From: Chthoniobacteraceae bacterium
GTDB taxonomy: Bacteria > Verrucomicrobiota > Verrucomicrobiia > Chthoniobacterales > Chthoniobacteraceae
Assembly: GCA_031409655.1 (NCBI GenBank)
Contig: JANNXQ010000102.1
Location: 1-64,000, forward strand
Reading direction: 5' to 3'
Length of the DNA: 64,000 bases
The position numbers and the translations under genes were made by a program. Under the pieces are notes generated by a model. The model was given only the letters and a program-made list of their open reading frames with translations. It was not told the origin of the DNA and searched no databases. Below, piece by piece: positions 50,364-60,086 of this stretch (position 1 is the stretch's first letter; each line of letters starts with the position of its first letter).

Positions 50364-51080
50364 TCAGCCGGACCAGCGTTTGAGCATCGCCGCGAGATTG
50401 CCGATGGCCCGCGGCTTCAAGCTGTCGATTTCCACCATTTGGATGCCCTGGCTGCCCGTGACCTCGTCGATCTTCCGTTCGACGATCCGCTTGACCGTCT
50501 CGATATACATCGTGCGCGTGTCGATCCGGTAATAAGTCTCCGGTCGAAAAAACGTTTCATACACGATGCCGAACACCGGCACCTGAATGAGAAAGTCGTC
50601 GAGCCGGTTCAGTTTCAAGGCCGCGAGATTGCGGAGCAGGACGAACAGCGCCATCACATTGAGCAGAAACATCGTGGCACCCCACACGACGCCCAAGAGG
50701 CTCCAATACACGGCCGCAACTCCGGCCAGCAGGAGCAAGACGAGGATGAGCTGCCAGATATAGAGGAGGACGGGGATGACCGCGAAGCGCGTCGAGAAGA
50801 AGAACGATGTTCCAAAAGGCGCGGCGCAGATGTCGAAGACGTAGGATTCGCGCCGCATGCGCAGATACTCGCGCTTGGAGGAAAGTAATCCCCCTTCGGC
50901 AAAGAGTTCGCGCGTGATGGTCAGATCGGGAATCTCCTTCGCGGCGAGTTCCTCTTCGATCGCGCGGTAGAAGTCATCGGTAGAAATGGAATAATCCTCA
51001 AGGATGAGGCCTTTCACCGGTTCCAGAAGCTCCGGGCTCTTCTTCCGCCAAAATCCGAACGTGCCGAGGTAAGGTATCAC
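50364..51080 (-). CDS. Hypothetical membrane protein
   Basis: Protein-like ORF with a central hydrophobic hairpin, tightly packed in the operon; GTG start. Confidence 0.8.
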   Translation of the reverse strand: MIPYLGTFGFWRKKSPELLEPVKGLILEDYSISTDDFYRAIEEELAAKEIPDLTITRELFAEGGLLSSKREYLRMRRESYVFDICAAPFGTSFFFSTRFAVIPVLLYIWQLILVLLLLAGVAAVYWSLLGVVWGATMFLLNVMALFVLLRNLAALKLNRLDDFLIQVPVFGIVYETFFRPETYYRIDTRTMYIETVKRIVERKIDEVTGSQGIQMVEIDSLKPRAIGNLAAMLKRWSG

Positions 51081-51081
51081 G

Positions 51082-53496
51082 TCAGAAGTTCGGTGGATTG
51101 CTTTCGCCCCGCTGCTTCTCGCTCTCCCGTGACACGGAGTTTTGCTTCACGATCAGTGGACCTGCTGTGGTCATTTCAATCTCCAACATCACATCCGCGG
51201 CACCGGTCGCCCACGAGCCATCCGGCTTCACCCGCAGGAAGATCAGCTCATATTTTGCCTCCGTGCGCGACGGGGACAACCGGCGAAACTGAACCCGTCC
51301 GCGCACCCGTTCGGTGACACGGTAGCCCGGCGCGTGATACTTGATTTCCTCCGCGCGAACCGCATCGCGAGAGATCACGCCAGCCTGATAGTGCTCCACC
51401 CGGTCTCCGTAGTCGCGCATGAGACTGTCTAAGTTTCCCGCGGTGGATTTCTCGTGATGCCGAACGATGAACTGACCAATGATCGCGGCGTAGTTCTGCG
51501 GCGCCGGTATGGTGGCCGGTGGAAGCGGCGGTTGTTCCGCTGGACGGAACGTGCTGCGCGAAGGTTGCGACGAACGCACCTCACTCCCGTGGCTCCATGG
51601 CTCCGAGGGCATCCAGTGTCCGTAGGTGCCGGATCGCGATGAAAGACTCGGCCCGATCTCCAAGTGCGGATAGCCATTCGCGAGCGCGGCTGCTTCTCCC
51701 GATGCATCCACCTGCGCTCCCAGCCCAGCCCACCAATCGGGAGCGGCTTTGTCGGCCAAGACTTTCAGTTCGCTCTTCTCCCAAGTGTGCAGCACCGACG
51801 CCACATCCCCCGATCCGATTGGAGCAAACTCTTCCTGCATCACCACCGTCGCGGCGGAGCCTTCCCACGAAAGGAAACGCACGATTCCTTTCACCTGCGA
51901 ACCCATTGCACCCACAACTTTGTTATTCAGCGGATTGAGCAATGGCGCAGAAACAAAGGCGCACAGTTGTTTGCCTTCGAGTTGCTTTCGGATCTCCTCC
52001 TTTTGTGGAAAATCTTCGATCTTCAGTTTCGTATCGAACCGGCGCACCGCCGACGGAAGGTCGCGCAAGCCGAAGTAATAGACCGTGGCATCCGAACCTT
52101 GGACGACGACGGCCTTGGTGCCATCCGGCGCAAAGATTGCCCGTTGCTCTCCGGCGATGGCCACCTCGCGGAGGTGAGTGCGTGCCCCATTGGTCCGATC
52201 GGTGACGGCAAGTCCGGGCGCCGCGGCGCTCTGAAACTCCGGCTTTCCCTCGACGAAATGGGAACCAGCGGCAGTAACCGCCCACGCCAGCCCGAACGAC
52301 CACTTCGCGGTCTGGCCGACGGTCGCGCCGGGAAGAACGCTCACCTCTTTCTTCTTCGCATCCGCCAACGTCGTGAAAAACCCGGCGCTACTGAGCGGAC
52401 GCAATTCCAGTCGGTCGAGATTCAGCGCGAGCGCGGGCTGCCCCGGCGGATGGAGCACGACTTCATCGGTGACCGGCCAGGAGATGCCGCCATCGAGAAT
52501 CGCGCTACTCTCCGGTCGGGGCAGTGGGATGATCCTTTGCTCCGCCGGCACCGCGATCGCAACCATGCGGCCATCGTCGCCGCGCAGGATGGCCGCGAGT
52601 CGTTCGCCATCAGGTGACCAGGCGAGCGCGCTCGGTGATCCGGGTAGGTTGATCCGCGCCTTTTCCGAAAAAGCGTCGAGATCGAAAATAACCAATCGCG
52701 GTGGTTGGGCAGATTCACTGCGAAAGGCCAGGAGGCGCCCGTTGGGCGACAGCAGCACCGGCGAGGCGGAGTCAATATCACTCAGCGCCTTCTGGGTGAG
52801 AACCTGCACCCGCGCTCCTTCGGCCAAACCAAAGCCCGCTGGAATTTTGTAAGCGAAAGGCGGCTCGGGCGGGGAAGTGACAAGAGGCTCCGCGGAAACT
52901 GCGGGCCGTGGCGTTGGCCTGGGGGTAGAAACCACGATCCGGGGCGGTTCGGGCCTGGAGACAAAGCTCGGTGCAAACGGCGCGAGGAACGCCAGCGCAC
53001 AGCCGATATACAGGGCGTGGATCGGCTGAAAGGTGAAGGCCGGCCGACCGAGATCTGGATTACCGCGAAACGCGATGCTTCCGGCACCGCTGAGCCCGCC
53101 CGTGAACATCGCGAAGAGCGTCGCGGGCAGCAGCGTCACGACGGCGTGAAAAAGAGTGAGCAGCGCGAGTCCGGTGACCTGACCAGGCACGGCGTGAAGC
53201 ACCGTCGTCCGGATCACGAGAATCGCCGCAGCGACCAGCGCTGTGACGAAACCCGCGCGCGTCGCCGTTTCCTTAAAACCCTGCTCGCTCCCTGGTTCCG
53301 CGTTCGCGGAAGCGACCGCACCCACGACGAGACCAGTCAAAGAGGAAGCGACGAGGATCGGGACAATGGTGGCCGCCGGTCCGGGAATGAGGCTGAAAAT
53401 GCCCGATTTGAAGAGCGCAGCCACAGGCCACGCCAGCAGGCCGATGGCCGGAGCCACGGCGTAAACCAACCGCGCATCTGACTGAGGGGAAGTCAT
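51082..53496 (-). CDS. Membrane protein with WD40-like propeller and C-terminal NTF2-like domain
   Basis: Several N-terminal TM segments; LSPNGRLLAF, AWSPDGERLA blades; YGDRVEHY C-terminal region. Confidence 0.75.
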   Translation of the reverse strand: MTSPQSDARLVYAVAPAIGLLAWPVAALFKSGIFSLIPGPAATIVPILVASSLTGLVVGAVASANAEPGSEQGFKETATRAGFVTALVAAAILVIRTTVLHAVPGQVTGLALLTLFHAVVTLLPATLFAMFTGGLSGAGSIAFRGNPDLGRPAFTFQPIHALYIGCALAFLAPFAPSFVSRPEPPRIVVSTPRPTPRPAVSAEPLVTSPPEPPFAYKIPAGFGLAEGARVQVLTQKALSDIDSASPVLLSPNGRLLAFRSESAQPPRLVIFDLDAFSEKARINLPGSPSALAWSPDGERLAAILRGDDGRMVAIAVPAEQRIIPLPRPESSAILDGGISWPVTDEVVLHPPGQPALALNLDRLELRPLSSAGFFTTLADAKKKEVSVLPGATVGQTAKWSFGLAWAVTAAGSHFVEGKPEFQSAAAPGLAVTDRTNGARTHLREVAIAGEQRAIFAPDGTKAVVVQGSDATVYYFGLRDLPSAVRRFDTKLKIEDFPQKEEIRKQLEGKQLCAFVSAPLLNPLNNKVVGAMGSQVKGIVRFLSWEGSAATVVMQEEFAPIGSGDVASVLHTWEKSELKVLADKAAPDWWAGLGAQVDASGEAAALANGYPHLEIGPSLSSRSGTYGHWMPSEPWSHGSEVRSSQPSRSTFRPAEQPPLPPATIPAPQNYAAIIGQFIVRHHEKSTAGNLDSLMRDYGDRVEHYQAGVISRDAVRAEEIKYHAPGYRVTERVRGRVQFRRLSPSRTEAKYELIFLRVKPDGSWATGAADVMLEIEMTTAGPLIVKQNSVSRESEKQRGESNPPNF

Positions 53497-53750
53497 GGAA
53501 TCGTTGCGTTGAATCCTGCCGCGGATTGACGGCGTTCCGGGCGAAGAGGTCAATCTTCAACCGCACGGGCTGAAAGCCGACACGCCTGATGTTCTTTCCG
53601 AAGCCGTTCGCATCTCCAAGGACTCCATCCGCTCGAAGCGCGAAGAACCGGTTCCTCGAATCGATGCGTGGGCAATGTTTGTCCGCTGAACCTTCGGCCA
53701 TTTGAACAAGGCGGATCGCATTCACGTCTGACTTCCTGGGAGTCACTACC

Positions 53751-53817
53751 GGCGGCAGCGGTGCAAATCCGCTGAAACCCGAGACGAATCCGGGTGAGGT
53801 TGAAATCCTCAGCCGCC
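53751..53817 (+). ncRNA. Candidate four-way-junction RNA with two T-loop-like hairpins
   Basis: GGCGGC/GCCGCC closing stem; AGCGG-TGCAAAT-CCGCT; ACCCG/CGGGT; GAGG-TTGAAAT-CCTC. Confidence 0.45.
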
Positions 53818-53875
53818 GCCACCCCACGAGTCGAGAAGCGCACATCCGTTGTCCGCGCACTTGCACGGCGCCCAA

Positions 53876-53914
53876 TAAAAATAGACCCCGACCGGTGTAA
53901 ACGGTTCGGGGTCT
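53876..53914 (-). terminator. Intrinsic terminator after radC (possibly bidirectional)
   Basis: AGACCCCGA-CCG...CGG-T-TCGGGGTCT stem followed by ATTTTTA on the minus strand. Confidence 0.6.
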
Positions 53915-53933
53915 TGGGTTTTGCGCGCGCGGC

Positions 53934-54446
53934 CTACATCAGGCCCGCTGCGACGAAGGAACAATGTTGCGGATCGCCGACGATCACATGATCGACGACT
54001 TCGATTTGGAGGATGCGTCCGGAATCCTGGAGCCGCTTCGTGACCTGCAAGTCAGCATTCGAGGGACTCGGATCGCCGCTGGGATGGTTGTGCATGAGCA
54101 CGACGCCCCAAGCGGCCCCGATCACCGCGGCTCGGAACACCTCGCGAGGATGCGCGACGGTCTCATTCAAGCCTCCGATGGAGACGAGATGATGGCCGCG
54201 AATCCGGCGCTTGATGTTCACCAGGATGACGGCGAAGCACTCCACTTCGGAATTGAAGTGTGGCGCGGTCGCGATGTGCGCCCGCCAATACTCCACGGCG
54301 TCCTCCGGCTTCACGCAATAGAGCGATGTGTCGGGTGCGGACTCCCGCACCGCGACGATCTTCCATTCCCGTGCGCCTTTGGGTCGCGCCGGTCTTCTTC
54401 GCTGCGGTCGCCACGAGAACAAGTCGAGTTGGGAGTCCTTCAGCAT
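53934..54446 (-). CDS. RadC-like JAB domain protein
   Basis: ECF, HPREVF, HNHPSGDPSPSNAD, DHVIVG. Confidence 0.93.
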   Translation of the reverse strand: MLKDSQLDLFSWRPQRRRPARPKGAREWKIVAVRESAPDTSLYCVKPEDAVEYWRAHIATAPHFNSEVECFAVILVNIKRRIRGHHLVSIGGLNETVAHPREVFRAAVIGAAWGVVLMHNHPSGDPSPSNADLQVTKRLQDSGRILQIEVVDHVIVGDPQHCSFVAAGLM

Positions 54447-54769
54447 GGCCGAAGCCGCTTGCCAGCGTCCTCCGGTTCGCGGATCGCCTGCAACGCTTGA
54501 TCAATCTCCCGACTGGTCAGTGTCCAGTTGCCGCGCCATCCAGCGATGACCGCAAACTTAAAGCGTTGGTAGAACTCCAGCGCTTCTTCATCGTCGGCCA
54601 GGTGATCGGCCAACAGGGCCAAGGCCAGTTGTGCAGGACCGCTGCCGATGTAGCCCCACTCAAACCCGGTCGGACTGTGATTCCACAAGTCGAACCGGGG
54701 ATTGAGTGGACGGCCATTGACCGTGACATCGACCGCGTGTCCACAGCGCCGACCTTGATAGGTCTTCAT
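54440..54769 (-). CDS. DUF6166-like protein
   Basis: NHSPTGFEWGYIGSGPAQLALALLA motif. Confidence 0.75.
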   Translation of the reverse strand: MKTYQGRRCGHAVDVTVNGRPLNPRFDLWNHSPTGFEWGYIGSGPAQLALALLADHLADDEEALEFYQRFKFAVIAGWRGNWTLTSREIDQALQAIREPEDAGKRLRPC

Positions 54770-55077
54770 CGCCGCCTCCTTTCGCGGTGCCCGCATCGCC
54801 TTGTCTGCCCAACTCTGCGATTGAGGATCTCAATCTCGGAGTTGGCCGCGATGCGGATCGTCTTGGGGGACGGGCGGAAGCGGACGCGTTTGTCGAACAG
54901 CGTCGTGAACTCCCTCGGCGGCTGATTCACGAGCACGACGGCGGCAGACTCCGTGACCCGGATGACTCTGCCGAGCTTGCCTTCGATCCGAACGTAGTCA
55001 TTCACGCGCAGCTTGAACGGATAGCGAAGAGGCGGCTTCCAGATGGGCAACTCCGCTTGATCGGCGTCGGTGCTCAT
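54766..55077 (-). CDS. Small hypothetical protein
   Basis: 4-bp overlaps with both neighbours. Confidence 0.7.
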   Translation of the reverse strand: MSTDADQAELPIWKPPLRYPFKLRVNDYVRIEGKLGRVIRVTESAAVVLVNQPPREFTTLFDKRVRFRPSPKTIRIAANSEIEILNRRVGQTRRCGHRERRRR

Positions 55078-56108
55078 GGCGTGCCTCCTCGGATTTCATC
55101 CAACTCCGCAGCACTCAGATTTTCCGGCTGCATCTCCGGTTCAGGGAAGACGAACGTCTTGAGGAAACAATGCTTCGACAGACGCGCCGCGATTTCATCC
55201 CGAGCCGTCATGCCGGCGTCATCCTCATCGAGCATCACGACGATGCGTCCATCGGGCGTCACCGCCTTCTGAATCAGCGCGGCCTGATTCGGCGACAACG
55301 TGCTGCCCATCAACGCAACGACCCGGCGAATGCCGTGCTGCCACAGCCAGATGCAATCGAAGAAACCCTCGACGACATACAGCGGTGCCGTTTGCGGCTC
55401 ACGCATCGCGCGGTGGAGATTGAAAACCTCCTGCGCTTTGCGAAAGCCCGGCGGCAACTTGTATTTCGGCGTGTCCTCATCTGGCGGCGTGCCGGGCCAG
55501 CGTCCCGCGTAAGCGACAAGCTGGCCTTCGGCATTGTGAATCGGGACGACGATGCGCCCCGTCATGCTGCCTTTCTGGCAATAGCCGAGGCCGAATTCCG
55601 CGATGGTCTCCGCGCTCAACCCGCGCTCCGCAAGATACGGATGCTCGGTGTCGAGATTCTGCAACGCGAAGCCGAGCGGCTTGTTCGGCCCGTCCTCCTC
55701 GGGACTGGGCGCTTTCGCCTTCGCTGCCTTCGGTCGGGGCTCCGCTTTCGGCGGTGCCTCCGGCGTGGGCGGTTCTCCGGCGTCCCTCGCGGGCCGCGCC
55801 GGCTTCTCCTGCATCGGCAACTCAAACCAGTCGCACAACGCGAGCGCCGCTTCGCGGAGGGAACACCCCTCCTTGCGCGCGACGAAGTCCAGAACGTTTC
55901 CGCCACCCTTGCAGGTGCCGAAACAATTCCAGCAGTTCTTTTCCAGCGAGACGCGAAACTGCGTCCGGTTCTCTCCCCCATGAAGCGGGCAAGGCCCGCT
56001 GAGGCTGTTCCCCGTGCGCTTGAACGATTCGGCAAGGCCGTAGTGTTCGAGCACCTGGAGCATGGTGACGGCAGCCTTCACCGCTTTGAAGTCCACGAAT
56101 CGGGACAT
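55074..56108 (-). CDS. DnaG-like primase (CHC2 zinc finger + TOPRIM)
   Basis: CPLH...NCFGTC, YLAERG, YAGR, PKY, VVEGFFD, MLDEDDAG. Confidence 0.92.
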   Translation of the reverse strand: MSRFVDFKAVKAAVTMLQVLEHYGLAESFKRTGNSLSGPCPLHGGENRTQFRVSLEKNCWNCFGTCKGGGNVLDFVARKEGCSLREAALALCDWFELPMQEKPARPARDAGEPPTPEAPPKAEPRPKAAKAKAPSPEEDGPNKPLGFALQNLDTEHPYLAERGLSAETIAEFGLGYCQKGSMTGRIVVPIHNAEGQLVAYAGRWPGTPPDEDTPKYKLPPGFRKAQEVFNLHRAMREPQTAPLYVVEGFFDCIWLWQHGIRRVVALMGSTLSPNQAALIQKAVTPDGRIVVMLDEDDAGMTARDEIAARLSKHCFLKTFVFPEPEMQPENLSAAELDEIRGGTP

Positions 56109-56280
56109 GGCGTTTTCCTCCTGTGAAGGTTCTATGGGTGGCCGCGCGAATGTGCCCGGCTGATTCCCATGGCGCATTGTACCCCGGATCGTTTTTTTTG
56201 TTAAGGTCACGCCGCGAGTGCGTGTGTCCCGCCATTCCGCTTCCACTGATTGCGCCCACTGCATACGCTTCCAAATCCTT

Positions 56281-58962
56281 ATGCCCAATGAGAGCGAGTG
56301 GCAAACGCGGAAACAGCGAATCGACGCGCGGCTGAAAAAGCTGGGATGGAAGGTCGTGCCGTTTTCCAACGCACTGGACCTCGGATCGCTGGACAAGATC
56401 GCCGTGGAAGAATTGCCGACAGCGAATGGGCCGGCTGACTACGCCCTTTTCGTGGGTGGCAAGCTGCTCGGCATCATCGAGGCGAAGAAGGTGACGGTGA
56501 ATCCGCAGAACGTCCTGGAGCAAGCGAAGCGTTACGCCGAGGGCGTGTTTGCGGCGGTCGGCGAGTGGGATGGACTGCGCGTGCCGTTTCTCTACGCGAG
56601 CAACGGGACGATCATCTGGCACTTGGACACACGGCCATCGAAACGAGTCTCGCGACCGATCAGCGACTTTCACACACCCGAAGCTCTCGCTGGCCGGTTC
56701 AACGACAACGCGCAGCCCGCACACGATTGGCTGCTCGCCACGGCGCCGGAGCAAATCGGGCGGCTGCGCCCCTACCAGCGCGACTGCATCGTTGCTGTCG
56801 AGAGCACCATCGTCGGCGGAAAGCGCGATCTCATGGTCGCGATGGCAACCGGCACCGGCAAAACGTTCCTCACCGTCGCGCAAATCTACCGGCTGCTCGA
56901 ATCGAAGCTCGTCCGGCGCATCCTTTTTCTTGTGGACCGAAAAGCACTCGCCGCGCAAGCCGTGCGCGAGTTCAATGCCTTCAACACGCCCAAGGGCAAT
57001 AAGTTCACGCAGGAATACGAAGTGTATAGCCAGCGGTTCCAGCGCGAGGACTTCGGCGACGACGATCCGTTCGATCCGAAGGTGCTGCCGAACGAATACC
57101 TGACCGCGCCGAAGCCGAGTCACACCTTCGTCTATGTCTCCACGATTCAGCGCATGGCGCGGAATCTTTTCGGCGCACAGGGAGCGTTCGCGCAAACCGG
57201 TGGCGATGGCGAAGGCGAGGACGACGCTGATGCGCTCGACATTCCCATCGACGCCTTCGATCTCATCATCGCGGACGAGTGCCACCGCGGCTACACCGCG
57301 CAGGAGACCAGCATCTGGCGCGATACGCTTCAGCATTTCGACGCGATCCGCATGGGCCTCACCGCCACTCCCGCCGCGCATACCGTCGCGTTGTTTGGCG
57401 AGCCGGTGTTTCGCTACGGCGTCGAGCAGGCGATTCGCGATGGCTGGCTCGTGGACTACGAGCCGGTCGTCATCACGTCGCAAGTGAAGATGAACGGCGT
57501 ATTCCTGCGCGAGGGTGAGCAGGTCGGCAAAGTGGACACGCAGACCGGCACCGAGGCGCTCGATCAGATGGAGGACGAGCGGACGTTCGATGCCACGACC
57601 GTCGAGCACGACATCACCGCGCCGGACTGCAATCGAAAGATCATTCAGGAGATCGCGAAGCACGCCTACAAGCACGAGCAAGAAACCGGGCGCTTCCCAA
57701 AGATCCTCTTCTTCGCCGTCAACGACTTGCCTCACACCTCGCACGCCGACCAACTCGTGCGCATTTGCCGCGAGGTTTTCGCGCAGGGCGACGATTTCGT
57801 AAAGAAGATCACCGGCAACCCGAACGTGGACCGACCGCTCCAACGCATCCGCGAGTTTCGGAATCGCCCGAACCCGAAGATCGTCGTGAGCGTGGACATG
57901 CTCACGACCGGCGTGGACATCCCGGCGCTGGAGTTCATCGTTTTCCTGCGCCCCGTGAAATCGCGCATCCTTTGGGAGCAGATGCTCGGTCGCGGCACGC
58001 GACGCTGCGACGAGATCAACAAATCAAAGTTCGTCGTCTTCGATTGCTTCGACGGCACGCTGCTCCGCTACTTCCGCGACGTGTCGAATTTCCAGATCGA
58101 GGAGCCGCGCGCTGATCCCCTCACGATCCCGCAACTCGTCGAAAACATCTGGCAGAATATCGACCGCGATTATCACGTCCGCCTGCTCGTGAAGCGATTC
58201 CGCCGGATCGAGCGCGACATGAGCGGCTCCGCCCGCGAGCAGTTCGCACGATGGATTCGCGACGGCGACGTGGGCCGCTTCGCCGGTGAGCTGACGAAGA
58301 ACCTGCGGGAAAAGTTCACCGACGCGATGAAGCTCCTGCACAATCCCGAGTTCCAGGATTTGCTCCTCAATTACGAACGCGCGAAGCGCCAATTCATCAT
58401 CGCACACGAGACGCAGGACACCGTGACCTCTCGCGTCGAGGAGCGTTATGGCCAGCAACCTTCCGCCGAAGACTACCTCGCGGCCTTCTCCGCCTTCGTG
58501 CAAAACAAGGCCGATGAAATCGAGGCCCTGCGCATCCTCATCAGCAAGCCGGAGGGTTGGAACCCTGACGCGCTCTTTGCCTTGAGGATAAAACTCACGG
58601 AGAACGGCTACGACGAAAAGACCCTTCGCCGCGCGCACGAGCGTGTTTATCGCAAAGCGCTCACCGACCTTATATCGATGGTGAAGCACGCGGCGAACTC
58701 TGCGGCACCCTTACTCACGGCCGAGGAACGTGTGCAGGCCGGACTCACGGAGTTGCGTGCATTTCACACTTTCACTCCCGAGCAGGAACAATGGCTCGGC
58801 CACATTGCACGTCACCTCGTCGAAAACCTCTGCGTGGACACGAGCGACCTAGAGACGCAGCCAGTCTTCACGAGCAAGGGCGGCCTTGGACGCGCGCGCA
58901 AAGTCTTCGGTGATCAACTAGGGTCCCTGATAGAGCGGCTCAACTACACGCTCGCGGCATGA
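56281..58962 (+). CDS. hsdR: Type I restriction endonuclease subunit R
   Basis: ADY...IIEAKK, MATGTGKT, DECHRG, GLTATP, QMLGRGTR. Confidence 0.95.
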   Translation: MPNESEWQTRKQRIDARLKKLGWKVVPFSNALDLGSLDKIAVEELPTANGPADYALFVGGKLLGIIEAKKVTVNPQNVLEQAKRYAEGVFAAVGEWDGLRVPFLYASNGTIIWHLDTRPSKRVSRPISDFHTPEALAGRFNDNAQPAHDWLLATAPEQIGRLRPYQRDCIVAVESTIVGGKRDLMVAMATGTGKTFLTVAQIYRLLESKLVRRILFLVDRKALAAQAVREFNAFNTPKGNKFTQEYEVYSQRFQREDFGDDDPFDPKVLPNEYLTAPKPSHTFVYVSTIQRMARNLFGAQGAFAQTGGDGEGEDDADALDIPIDAFDLIIADECHRGYTAQETSIWRDTLQHFDAIRMGLTATPAAHTVALFGEPVFRYGVEQAIRDGWLVDYEPVVITSQVKMNGVFLREGEQVGKVDTQTGTEALDQMEDERTFDATTVEHDITAPDCNRKIIQEIAKHAYKHEQETGRFPKILFFAVNDLPHTSHADQLVRICREVFAQGDDFVKKITGNPNVDRPLQRIREFRNRPNPKIVVSVDMLTTGVDIPALEFIVFLRPVKSRILWEQMLGRGTRRCDEINKSKFVVFDCFDGTLLRYFRDVSNFQIEEPRADPLTIPQLVENIWQNIDRDYHVRLLVKRFRRIERDMSGSAREQFARWIRDGDVGRFAGELTKNLREKFTDAMKLLHNPEFQDLLLNYERAKRQFIIAHETQDTVTSRVEERYGQQPSAEDYLAAFSAFVQNKADEIEALRILISKPEGWNPDALFALRIKLTENGYDEKTLRRAHERVYRKALTDLISMVKHAANSAAPLLTAEERVQAGLTELRAFHTFTPEQEQWLGHIARHLVENLCVDTSDLETQPVFTSKGGLGRARKVFGDQLGSLIERLNYTLAA

Positions 58963-60083
58963 ATGCGTCTGAGCCGACCCTATTTCGCCTCTTTCGGCGC
59001 AGTGGCTATCGCACTCCTCAGATTTCCGAGGATAATAATGAGACCGATGAGGAAAACGACGCGCGCTCCGAGCGAGAACGCTTTGCCGCAGCCGCCGTCG
59101 GGTTCGTCCTCAAACACAGCCCAGAGTTCCGAATGCACTTTTGGAAACGCATCTGTCGTGCGGATGCTGACCCTTCAATAATGCCGGCGCTTAGTATTGC
59201 GCTCGAACCACCGCGATGGGCCGACCTTCGGCTGATCGGCCAAGCGTCTCATCGTCGAACAATTTGGGTCGTTGAGTTCAAGCTCGATTCCGATCTCGCC
59301 AAAAAACAAAATCCAACCGTCCCCGACTCATTCTGCGAACCCGGAACAGGATACGGCGCTTTGTTCCGTTCCTCTGAGGCCAGTCGCAAAGCCGACTTGC
59401 GTTACGTGGTTCTTGGTTCCCGAACTCTTCCCGAGGGCCATGGCGAAATCGGTAGCCTGAAAATTCACTGGCACGCACGACGCTGGGGTGATCTTCGAGA
59501 AGATGCTCCGCTAAAGGACAGCCTGACGGCCGATCTTTTTCACACACTTGGAAACCTTGGCCTCCCAACATTTCGCATGAACGCCACCAAAAGTATCACA
59601 GTCGCAGGCAGCTTCGATTCAGCGGCAAATGCCTGGCAAGTGTTGAATGCGCTCGGCGGTGAAGACGTTTGCAAATTCCCAGCACGTTCGTGGCGCATAC
59701 GAGCGGAAACCCCCGAGGAAGGCCACTTCAACGTGGGTGCCTATCTAACGTGCCCGCGGGAAAGCGAAAAGACATCTGGCCTTTACCGCGATTTGGTTGA
59801 GCAAATCGGAGGGAATGCCGAGCGCATCATCCTCTGGGCTGGATACGAGTCTGGACAAAAGGTGGAAGGCTTCCGCAGAAGCGTCTGGTGCTACTTTCGA
59901 AAAAAGACGGTGGCACTGCTGGCTCGGATGCGCCTACGAAATGTAGCCACGGTTGGTGACCTGTCTATCGACGCTGGGGCCTTATGCCTTGTCGCAACCA
60001 ATTTGGCGAACTCGAAAGAAAAGGATCTCGATTGGTTCAAGAACGTCCTTCGCGCGGTTGGCACTTCTAAGGCAAAACGGTAG
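58959..60083 (+). CDS. Hypothetical protein with PD-(D/E)XK-like N-terminal motif
   Basis: ERERFAAA...ADLRL...WVVEFKL; overlaps the hsdR stop; more AT-rich codons. Confidence 0.7.
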   Translation: MNASEPTLFRLFRRSGYRTPQISEDNNETDEENDARSERERFAAAAVGFVLKHSPEFRMHFWKRICRADADPSIMPALSIALEPPRWADLRLIGQASHRRTIWVVEFKLDSDLAKKQNPTVPDSFCEPGTGYGALFRSSEASRKADLRYVVLGSRTLPEGHGEIGSLKIHWHARRWGDLREDAPLKDSLTADLFHTLGNLGLPTFRMNATKSITVAGSFDSAANAWQVLNALGGEDVCKFPARSWRIRAETPEEGHFNVGAYLTCPRESEKTSGLYRDLVEQIGGNAERIILWAGYESGQKVEGFRRSVWCYFRKKTVALLARMRLRNVATVGDLSIDAGALCLVATNLANSKEKDLDWFKNVLRAVGTSKAKR

Positions 60084-60086
60084 CGC

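Noticed and set aside
53751..53817. True tRNA, FMN riboswitch or cobalamin riboswitch
   Set aside because: No canonical D or anticodon arm, the conserved riboswitch boxes are not seen, and there is no same-strand downstream gene
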